Assembly: GCA_023136205.1 (NCBI GenBank)
Contig: JAGLRQ010000040.1
Coordinates: forward strand, 1 to 32,000
DNA length: 32,000 bases
From: Candidatus Auribacterota bacterium
Lineage (GTDB): Bacteria > Auribacterota > UBA6266
Direction of reading: 5' to 3'
The notes beneath the pieces are model-generated. The model ran no database searches and was not told where the DNA came from. It saw only the letters and a program-made list of their open reading frames with translations. Position numbers and translations under genes: made by a program. Below are positions 6,028-14,174 of this stretch, piece after piece (the stretch's first letter is position 1; each line of letters opens with the position of its first letter).

Positions 6028-8136
6028 ATGAGCAGGAAATCTGAACTGGACCCAGCAAAAGCGATAACAGAGATTTATGGTGAAAACGTGTTTAGCTTTA
6101 AAACAATGCGCAATTATCTTTCGGATAAGGCGATTAACTCTTTGAGAGAAACTATGGAGAAGGGAAAGTCACTAAATCCGGCCATTGCTGATGAAGTTGC
6201 CGATGCCATGAAAAACTGGGCGGTTTCAAAAGGGGCAACCCATTTTACTCATTGGTTTCAGCCTCTGACCGGGACAACGGCAGAAAAGCATGATTCCTTT
6301 ATTGCCCCGGATTCTGAGGGAGGGGTAATACTTCAATTTTCAGGTAAAGAATTAATTCAGGGAGAGCCCGATGCTTCAAGTTTTCCGTCCGGAGGATTAA
6401 GGACTACTTTTGAAGCAAGGGGATACACTGCATGGGACCCGACCAGCCCCGCATTTATAAAAGAGGGAGAAAATGGGGCGACTCTCTGCATCCCGACCGT
6501 ATTTTGCGGGTACCACGGCGATTCTCTGGATAAAAAAACTCCTCTACTGAGGTCTATGGAAGCTTTATCAGAGCAGGTGTGCCGCTTAGGCAGGCTGTTT
6601 AAAATTAAAGATGGCGGAAGAAAAGCGTATGCGACTCTCGGAGCGGAACAGGAATATTTTCTTATAGATAAGGCCTTTTATGAAAGCCGGCTTGACCTTA
6701 TTCAAACGGGAAGAACAATATTTGGCAAAGCACCGGCAAAACACCAGCAAATGGAAGATCATTATTTTGGCGCCATTAAAGACAGGGTAATGTCTTTTAT
6801 GGATGACCTTGACAGAGAATTATGGAAACTCGGGATTCCGTCGAAAACCCGCCATAACGAGGTTTGTCCCGGCCAGTTTGAAGTCGCGGCTGTTTATGAA
6901 GGATTAAATTTGTCTGTTGACCATAACATGATGCTTATGGAAGTTCTGCGCAAGGTGGCTGAAGATCATGATTTTGTATGCCTTCTTCATGAAAAGCCGT
7001 TTGCCGGCGTTAATGGTTCGGGCAAACACAATAACTGGTCGATAAAAGGCCCGGATGGTAAAAACTGGCTGAGCCCGGGGGATAACCCGCATGATAACGC
7101 GAAGTTTCTGACGTTGATTTGCGCGCTTATCAAGGCGGTGGATACTCACGCGGAGATATTAAGAGCTTCGGTAGCTACCGCGGGTAATGATCACAGGCTT
7201 GGAGCTAACGAGGCGCCTCCCGCGATTTTATCAATTTTTCTTGGGGAACAATTAACGGGTGTGATCGGCCAGATAGAAAGAGGTGAGACCAAAACTTCCA
7301 AGAGCGGCGGTTTTATAAAAATCGGGGTTTCTTCGCTTCCAACCCTTCCGAGAGACGCGACCGACAGGAACAGGACATCGCCGTTTGCGTTTACCGGGAA
7401 TAAGTTTGAGTTCCGCGCGGTAGGCTCAAACCAGAACTGTGCCGGCCCAAACATAGTATTAAACACGATTGTCGCGGCGGCTATTGATGATATTTGCGCT
7501 TCACTTGAAAAAGATGTTTCCGCGAAAAAAGATTTTAACAAATCTTTACAGAAAATACTGCAGAAGATAGTTAAAGAACATAAACGTATTTTATTTAATG
7601 GGGATAATTATACTGACGCGTGGCACGCGGAAGCAAAGAAGAGAGGGCTTCCTAATCTAAAAACAACGCCTGAATCCTTAAAAATCCTCCTGGACGCGAA
7701 AACGGTTAAGCTTTTTGGAAAGTATAAGGTTTTATCAGAGAAAGAGCTTAAGTCCAGATTTGAGGTTTATCAAAAAGAGTATGATGAAATTATCCAGGTT
7801 GAATCGGAAGTAGCGGTAACAATAGCTAAGACACAGGTTATTAACGCGGCTTTGGAGTACCAGAGTGAATTGGCCGAAACCATCAATGCTGTTTCTAAGA
7901 TCGACAGGAAAAACGCGTTAAAATCAACAAGGGGCCTGCTTTCTGACGTATGCGCAAAAACAGAGGGCGCTCTTGTTTCAATAAGCAGGCTTGAGAAAGC
8001 CATAAAGAAAGGTTCATCAAAGGAGAAAATCGCGGCCCTGGCGAAACTTCGGGAATTTGTCGATGCTCTTGAAGGATTAGTTCCCGATGAAAAGTGGCCG
8101 CTCGCGACATATGCTGAAATGATGTTTATGATGTGA
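6028..8136 (+). CDS. glnN: Glutamine synthetase type III
   Basis: 702 aa, the length typical of GS-III (not the roughly 470-aa GS-I). SD AGGAG lies 7 nt upstream. Motifs include NEVCPGQFEVA, GSGKHNNWS and RLGANEAPPAI. Confidence 0.93.
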   Translation: MSRKSELDPAKAITEIYGENVFSFKTMRNYLSDKAINSLRETMEKGKSLNPAIADEVADAMKNWAVSKGATHFTHWFQPLTGTTAEKHDSFIAPDSEGGVILQFSGKELIQGEPDASSFPSGGLRTTFEARGYTAWDPTSPAFIKEGENGATLCIPTVFCGYHGDSLDKKTPLLRSMEALSEQVCRLGRLFKIKDGGRKAYATLGAEQEYFLIDKAFYESRLDLIQTGRTIFGKAPAKHQQMEDHYFGAIKDRVMSFMDDLDRELWKLGIPSKTRHNEVCPGQFEVAAVYEGLNLSVDHNMMLMEVLRKVAEDHDFVCLLHEKPFAGVNGSGKHNNWSIKGPDGKNWLSPGDNPHDNAKFLTLICALIKAVDTHAEILRASVATAGNDHRLGANEAPPAILSIFLGEQLTGVIGQIERGETKTSKSGGFIKIGVSSLPTLPRDATDRNRTSPFAFTGNKFEFRAVGSNQNCAGPNIVLNTIVAAAIDDICASLEKDVSAKKDFNKSLQKILQKIVKEHKRILFNGDNYTDAWHAEAKKRGLPNLKTTPESLKILLDAKTVKLFGKYKVLSEKELKSRFEVYQKEYDEIIQVESEVAVTIAKTQVINAALEYQSELAETINAVSKIDRKNALKSTRGLLSDVCAKTEGALVSISRLEKAIKKGSSKEKIAALAKLREFVDALEGLVPDEKWPLATYAEMMFMM

Positions 8137-8157
8137 TAAACGCAATAAAGCAGGCAA

Positions 8158-8192
8158 TTACGGCACCACGTTTAATGGTGCCGTAACTTTTG
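8158..8192 (+). terminator. Intrinsic terminator after glnN
   Basis: Perfect 10-bp stem TTACGGCACC-acgtttaat-GGTGCCGTAA followed by CTTTTGTG. It starts 22 nt after the glnN stop. Confidence 0.75.
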
Positions 8193-8219
8193 TGTAAACG
8201 CTAAATAAAAATATTGATC

Positions 8220-11200
8220 ATGGAAGAGAATCAGTTTTTCAAGAAACAGGGGCTTTACGATCCGCGGTTTGAGCATGACAGCTGCGGGGTCGGTTTTGTA
8301 TGCAATGTTAAAGGTGAAAAAACCCATGAAATTATAGTCCAGGGGTTAAAGGTTTTAAAGCGCCTGTCACACCGCGGCGCGACAGGTTCGGATCCGGAGA
8401 CCGGGGATGGCGCGGGAATTCTTATACAGATACCGCATGATTTTTTTGCCGGGGAGTGCGGTGAAATAAAAATAGATTTGCCTCCTCCCGGGAAATACGG
8501 GACAGGACTTATCTTTCTTCCTGTTGATAAAAAGGAACGTATTTTCTGCAAAAAGCTTTTCAGTAAAGCGGTTGAAGAATTGGGACAGAAAGTTCTTGGC
8601 TGGAGAGAAGTTCCTGTTAGTGAATCTGTTATAGGAAAAACCGCAAAGGAGATAAGGCCGGTAATAGAGCAAATATTTATTTCCCGTAACGAAAACATAA
8701 AAGATACGCTGGATTTTGAAAGAAAACTTTATTTAATAAGAAAACATGTTGAAAATGTTATAAGAAGTTCGAAACTGAAGCAGAAGGCTTTTTTTTATAT
8801 TACCAATATTTCCTGCCGTACCTTTATCTATAAAGGGCTTCTTATGCCTTCTCAGCTTGAAAGGTTCTTTCCTGATCTGGGAAATGAAAAGCTCGCAAGT
8901 TCGTTGTGTATTGTTCATTCAAGATACAGTACAAATACTTTTCCCTCCTGGGATTTATCCCAGCCTTTCAGATTTCTTGCCCACAATGGTGAAATAAATA
9001 CACTTCGCGGCAATGTTAATTGGATGCGGGCAAAGGAAGGGTTGTTAAACAGCAGTTATTTTGGGGAAGATGTTGAGAAAATAAAACCTGTAATTGTGCC
9101 CGGCGGCAGTGATTCCGCGGCTTTGGACAATGTTCTTGAACTGTTGGTCCTATCAGGCAGATCTTTGCCGCATGCCATGATGATGTTAATTCCTTCAGCC
9201 TGGGAACAGGACGCGTTTATGGACGAGAAGCTTAGGGCTTTTTATCAGTACCATGCATGCCTGATGGAGCCATGGGATGGCCCCGCGGCTATTGCTTTTA
9301 CAGATGGAACTTGTCTGGGCGCGTTTCTTGACAGGAACGGGCTCAGGCCCGCGAGGTATATTATCACGAAAAATGATTTATTAGTCATGGCTTCAGAGGT
9401 TGGTGTTCTTGATATAGATCCCGGTGACATTAAGGTTTCAGGGAGGCTTGAACCCGGCAAGATGCTTTATGTAGATACCGAAAAAAAGAAAGTAGTGGAT
9501 AATAAAGAGCTGAAAGAAGAAATTTCTTTAGGGAAACCCTATGATAGCTGGCTTAAAAAAAATATGGCCAGAATCGAAGATTTGCCTGAACCGATTTATA
9601 ACAAAAGCGGAAATAAAGATGTTATTCCTCTTCTCAAAGCATTTGGTTATACAAGAGAAGATTTGAAATTTATCATTAAGCCCATGGCCGAAAATGGGGG
9701 AGAAGCCATAGGCTCTATGGGTAATGATACTCCGCACGCGGTTCTGTCCAAGAGGCCGCAGCTTGTTTATAATTATTTTAAACAATTGTTTGCACAGGTG
9801 ACAAATCCGCCTATTGACCCTATACGGGAAGAACTTGTCATGAGCCTGGAATGCTATATGGGAACGAGAAGGAATCTTCTTGACGAAACACCATTACATT
9901 GCGGCAAACTGAAGCTTAAACATCCTATACTTTCAAACGCGGATTTGGAAAAGATCAGGAAAATTAATCAAAAAGGATTTTGTTCAAAAACAATTTCGAT
10001 TCTTTTTAAAGCTAAAGATGAAAGCTCTTTTCAAGAAGCTCTTGAGAGAATTTGTCTTGAAGCTGCCGCGGCTATAGAAGGAAACAATACTTTTATAATT
10101 TTAAGTGACAGAGGTGTGAATAAGGATTATGCCGCCATACCGGCATTAATAGCTGTGGGAGCTGTTCATCAGTACCTGGTCAAGCAAGGATCCCGATCCC
10201 AGATTGCCCTAATTGTAGAGAGTGGGGAGCCAAGGGATGTCCATCATTTTTCCCTCCTGTTCGCGTTTGGCGCGGGCTGTGTTAACCCATATATGGCGTT
10301 TGATTCTGTTGAATATATGATTAGGGAAGGTATGCTGGATACCGAAATAGAAATGGCAAATAAAAATTATATCAACGCGCTTAAGAAAGGTATATTAAAA
10401 ATTCTTTCAAAAATGGGTATCTCAACTTTACGAAGTTACAGGGGAGCGCAAATATTTGAAGCACTCGGTTTAAATAAAGAAATTATAGAGAAATGTTTTA
10501 CCGGGACAGTGTCTCGTATTGAGGGGGCAGGTATGGAGGTAATCGCGAAGGAAACCTTGATCCGGCACAGAGATGCTTATTGCGTAAGAGGCGAGAATTC
10601 TAACCTGCTGCCTGCTGGAGGCGTTTATCAATGGAAGAAAGACGGTGAATTCCACCTGTGGAATCCGGAAAGCATTGCTGCTCTCCAGGATGCGGCGAAA
10701 CATGATGATTACGATAAATATGAAGAGTTTTCTTGTTTGATCAATGATCAGTCAAACAACCCCGCGACTTTAAGAAGTTTATGGAAATTCAAAAAGGTTA
10801 ACCCTGTTGCGATAGATGAAGTTGAGTCAATACATAATATTTTTGGCCGGTTTGTTACGGGTGCTATGAGCTTTGGCTCAATAAGTAAGGATGCCCATGA
10901 AAGTATTGCCCTTGCGATGAACAGGATTGGGGGAAAATCCAACACCGGCGAAGGAGGGGAGGATCCGTCAAGATTTGTATCTCTGCGCAGCGGACATTCA
11001 AAAAGAAGCGCGATAAAACAGGTTGCCTCCGGCAGATTCGGTGTTTCAACAAACTATCTGGTTAATGCTGATGAAGTACAGATAAAAATCGCTCAGGGGG
11101 CTAAGCCGGGTGAAGGAGGCCAGCTTCCGGGCCATAAGGTTAGTGTGACAATAGCAAGCACGAGATATACTACTCCGGGTGTGACACTTATTTCACCACC

Positions 11201-12749
11201 GCCTCATCATGACATATATTCGATTGAAGATCTTGCACAGCTGATTTTTGATCTGAAAAATGTAAATCCGAGAGCCCGGATAAGTGTAAAACTTGTGTCT
11301 GAAATCGGAGTTGGAACTGTCGCGGCAGGCGTCGCGAAAGGACGCGCGGATATGATTCTGATCTCCGGCAGTGATGGCGGGACAGGAGCATCTCCGCGAA
11401 GCTCAATAATGCACGCGGGCCTTCCGTGGGAACTTGGCCTGTCAGAAACTCATCAAACCCTCGTTTTAAATAATCTTCGCAGCAGAGTAGTTTTGCAGAC
11501 TGACGGACAAATAAGAACCGGAAGGGATGTTGCTATAGCGGCTCTTCTTGGCGCGGAGGAGTATGGAATTTGTTCTGCCTGTCTGGTTATTCTTGGTTGT
11601 GTGATGTTAAGACATTGCCATTTAAATAACTGTTCTATGGGTGTAGCCACTCAAGATCCTATTTTACGGAGCAGGTTTCGCGGAAGGCCGGAATACATTG
11701 TTACCTATATGAACTTTGTTGCCCAGGAACTTCGCGAGATCATGGCTTCTCTTGGAATAAGAAACCTGGACGACATGATTGGCCGGACGGATTTATTGGA
11801 AGTAAACAAAGATATAATTCCATGGAAAGCTTCACAGATTGATTTTTCAAATATTCTGTATAAACCTGATATTAAAGAGGGAGTAGGTACGTTTTGTAAA
11901 AAAAGGCAAAATCATGGTATTGATAATGTTCTTGATCGCAGGCTTATCAAACTGGCGCGCAGAAGTTTGTTGAACAGGGAACAGATACGCGAAGAGATTA
12001 GCATTTGCAATACTGATAGATCTACCGGAGCAATGTTGAGTGGGGAAATTTGCAGGATTTACGGCGAAGAAGGTTTCCCGAACGACACTATTTATTTTAA
12101 ATTCACTGGTGTGGCAGGCCAGAGTTTCGGAGCCTGGCTTACAAAGGGTGTTACTTTTGAACTGGAAGGTATAACCAATGATTACGTAGGCAAAGGTATT
12201 TCAGGAGGGAAGATAATTATTTATCCGGATAGACGTTCTAAATACAAGGCTCACGAAAATATTATAGTAGGCAATACAAGTTTTTATGGAGCTATAAGCG
12301 GTGAGGCATACATAAGAGGTATCGCCGGTGAAAGATTTTGCGTTAGGAATTCGGGAGTTAATGCTGTTGTTGAGGGTGTTGGGGATCACGGCTGTGAATA
12401 CATGACGGGTGGGAGAATTGTGATATTGGGAAAAACCGGTAGAAATTTTGCCGCGGGCATGTCGGGGGGTATCGCGTATGTATTTGATGAAGACAACATG
12501 ATTGAAAGTAGATGCAATATAAATATGGTTAACATTGATGTGGTTGATGATGAGGATGAGGCAGCGATACATGAACTTGTTCATAATCATTATAAATATA
12601 CTCAAAGCGAAAAGGCAAAAATGATTTTGGGGGATTTTAAGAAGAGTTTGAAAAGTTTCGTTAAGGTAATTCCCGTTGAGTATAAGCGGATTTTGGAAAC
12701 TAAAAAAACAGATGAAAAATTGGGGTTAACAGAGATATCCGATGGGTGA
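8220..12749 (+). CDS. gltB: Glutamate synthase large subunit (GOGAT alpha)
   Basis: About 1510 aa. It has the N-terminal amidotransferase Cys (HDSCGVGF), an FMN/synthase domain (GEGGE, SPPPHHDIYSIEDLAQLI) and a C-terminal GXGXG domain (GDHGCEYMTGG). The start is ambiguous: ATG 8220 or TTG 8214, with no clear SD for either. Confidence 0.95.
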   Translation: MEENQFFKKQGLYDPRFEHDSCGVGFVCNVKGEKTHEIIVQGLKVLKRLSHRGATGSDPETGDGAGILIQIPHDFFAGECGEIKIDLPPPGKYGTGLIFLPVDKKERIFCKKLFSKAVEELGQKVLGWREVPVSESVIGKTAKEIRPVIEQIFISRNENIKDTLDFERKLYLIRKHVENVIRSSKLKQKAFFYITNISCRTFIYKGLLMPSQLERFFPDLGNEKLASSLCIVHSRYSTNTFPSWDLSQPFRFLAHNGEINTLRGNVNWMRAKEGLLNSSYFGEDVEKIKPVIVPGGSDSAALDNVLELLVLSGRSLPHAMMMLIPSAWEQDAFMDEKLRAFYQYHACLMEPWDGPAAIAFTDGTCLGAFLDRNGLRPARYIITKNDLLVMASEVGVLDIDPGDIKVSGRLEPGKMLYVDTEKKKVVDNKELKEEISLGKPYDSWLKKNMARIEDLPEPIYNKSGNKDVIPLLKAFGYTREDLKFIIKPMAENGGEAIGSMGNDTPHAVLSKRPQLVYNYFKQLFAQVTNPPIDPIREELVMSLECYMGTRRNLLDETPLHCGKLKLKHPILSNADLEKIRKINQKGFCSKTISILFKAKDESSFQEALERICLEAAAAIEGNNTFIILSDRGVNKDYAAIPALIAVGAVHQYLVKQGSRSQIALIVESGEPRDVHHFSLLFAFGAGCVNPYMAFDSVEYMIREGMLDTEIEMANKNYINALKKGILKILSKMGISTLRSYRGAQIFEALGLNKEIIEKCFTGTVSRIEGAGMEVIAKETLIRHRDAYCVRGENSNLLPAGGVYQWKKDGEFHLWNPESIAALQDAAKHDDYDKYEEFSCLINDQSNNPATLRSLWKFKKVNPVAIDEVESIHNIFGRFVTGAMSFGSISKDAHESIALAMNRIGGKSNTGEGGEDPSRFVSLRSGHSKRSAIKQVASGRFGVSTNYLVNADEVQIKIAQGAKPGEGGQLPGHKVSVTIASTRYTTPGVTLISPPPHHDIYSIEDLAQLIFDLKNVNPRARISVKLVSEIGVGTVAAGVAKGRADMILISGSDGGTGASPRSSIMHAGLPWELGLSETHQTLVLNNLRSRVVLQTDGQIRTGRDVAIAALLGAEEYGICSACLVILGCVMLRHCHLNNCSMGVATQDPILRSRFRGRPEYIVTYMNFVAQELREIMASLGIRNLDDMIGRTDLLEVNKDIIPWKASQIDFSNILYKPDIKEGVGTFCKKRQNHGIDNVLDRRLIKLARRSLLNREQIREEISICNTDRSTGAMLSGEICRIYGEEGFPNDTIYFKFTGVAGQSFGAWLTKGVTFELEGITNDYVGKGISGGKIIIYPDRRSKYKAHENIIVGNTSFYGAISGEAYIRGIAGERFCVRNSGVNAVVEGVGDHGCEYMTGGRIVILGKTGRNFAAGMSGGIAYVFDEDNMIESRCNINMVNIDVVDDEDEAAIHELVHNHYKYTQSEKAKMILGDFKKSLKSFVKVIPVEYKRILETKKTDEKLGLTEISDG

Positions 12750-14163
12750 TCCAAAAGGGTTTTTAAAAGTTAAACGGCAGGCTTCAGATTTCAGGCCTGT
12801 CTGTGAACGTGTTAAAGATTATAAGGAGGTATTTCAAATACCCTCCGATAAGAAATCGATGGAACAGGCATCCCGCTGTATGGATTGCGGGACCCCTTTT
12901 TGTAATTGGGGTTGTCCTGTCGGAAACTATATCCCGGAATGGAATGATTTTATGTTCCACGGACATTGGGAAAAGGCATATAGACTTCTTGACGCGATGA
13001 ACAATTTGCCGGAAATAACCGGGAGAGTTTGCCCGGCCGCGTGTGAATACGCGTGTGTGCTGGGAGCAAATGATGATCCGGTAACTGTAAGGGAAAACGA
13101 GCTTGCGATTATTGAGTATGCTTTTAAAAAAGGATTTGTAAAACATAGAGTATGCGGATCCAGAACCGGTAAAAGAATTGCTGTTGTGGGTTCAGGCCCG
13201 GCAGGAATCTCGAGCGCGGATCAACTTAACAGATATGGCCATAGTGTTGTCGTTTTTGAAAAAGCTGAAAAGATAGGGGGTATACTAAGATATGGAATTC
13301 CTGATTTTAAGCTTGAAAAGTGGATTTTAGACAGACGTATAAACATCTTAAAAAAAGAAGGAATTAAGTTTATTACCGGTGTTAATGTTGGAATTGATTA
13401 TGGAGTTCCTAAGCTGCTTAAAGAATTTGATGCTGTTTGTCTTGCCGGTGGTTCCCGGGTTCCCAGAGATTTAAAGATAGAAGGAAGGGGCCTAAAAGGC
13501 ATTCATTTCGCGATGGATTATTTGACACAGCAGAATAAAAGGGTTTCAGGGGAAAACTTTTCGGAAGATTTAATAGATGCAAAGGGTAGAAAGGTAGTTG
13601 TTATTGGCGGCGGGGATACCGGTTCGGATTGTGTTGGAACGGCACATAGGCAGGGAGCAAATTGTGTTGTTCAGATAGAGATTATGCCAAAGCCGGAGGG
13701 GTGCCGTACTGATGACTACCCCTGGCCGTCTTATCCAATGATATTAAAAACGTCCACCAGCCATGAAGAAGGGGGAGAAAGGTATTGGTCTCTATTAACT
13801 AAAAATTTTACAGGTAAAAATGGCAGGGTTAGCAAGATTATATGCAAGAAGGTTGAATTCTCTAAGGCCGATAAAAAAGGCTGTTCATTAATGAAAGAAA
13901 TACCGGACAGCGAGTTTGAAATTGATGCCGGCCTTGTAATAATTGCCGCGGGTTTCTTACATGCTTCTCATGGCGGGCTGGTTGATAATCTGGGTGTTGA
14001 AAAAGATGAGCGTGGAAATGTAAAAACCAATGAAAATTTTATGACTTCCATAAAAAATGTTTTTTCTGCCGGCGATATGAGAAGGGGCCAGTCTCTTGTT
14101 GTATGGGCTATTAATGAAGGCAGAAGATGCGCGGAAGCAATTGATAAATTTCTTTTAGGGTAA
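12742..14163 (+). CDS. gltD: Glutamate synthase small subunit (NAD(P)H-dependent)
   Basis: 473 aa. It has Fe-S Cys clusters (CMDCGTPFC..GCPV, CPAACEYAC), a dinucleotide fold VAVVGSGPAGIS, and VIGGGDTGSDC. It overlaps the gltB stop by 8 nt (ATGGGTGA), suggesting translational coupling. Confidence 0.95.
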   Translation: MGDPKGFLKVKRQASDFRPVCERVKDYKEVFQIPSDKKSMEQASRCMDCGTPFCNWGCPVGNYIPEWNDFMFHGHWEKAYRLLDAMNNLPEITGRVCPAACEYACVLGANDDPVTVRENELAIIEYAFKKGFVKHRVCGSRTGKRIAVVGSGPAGISSADQLNRYGHSVVVFEKAEKIGGILRYGIPDFKLEKWILDRRINILKKEGIKFITGVNVGIDYGVPKLLKEFDAVCLAGGSRVPRDLKIEGRGLKGIHFAMDYLTQQNKRVSGENFSEDLIDAKGRKVVVIGGGDTGSDCVGTAHRQGANCVVQIEIMPKPEGCRTDDYPWPSYPMILKTSTSHEEGGERYWSLLTKNFTGKNGRVSKIICKKVEFSKADKKGCSLMKEIPDSEFEIDAGLVIIAAGFLHASHGGLVDNLGVEKDERGNVKTNENFMTSIKNVFSAGDMRRGQSLVVWAINEGRRCAEAIDKFLLG

Positions 14164-14174
14164 GGTGTGTTTAT

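Noticed and set aside
8255-12605. Numerous minus-strand ORFs within gltB (e.g. 8255-8698, 9245-9460, 12201-12605), and ORFs within gltD (12784-13146 -, 12803-13000 +).
   Set aside because: All lie inside long, motif-rich GOGAT reading frames. They are shadows.
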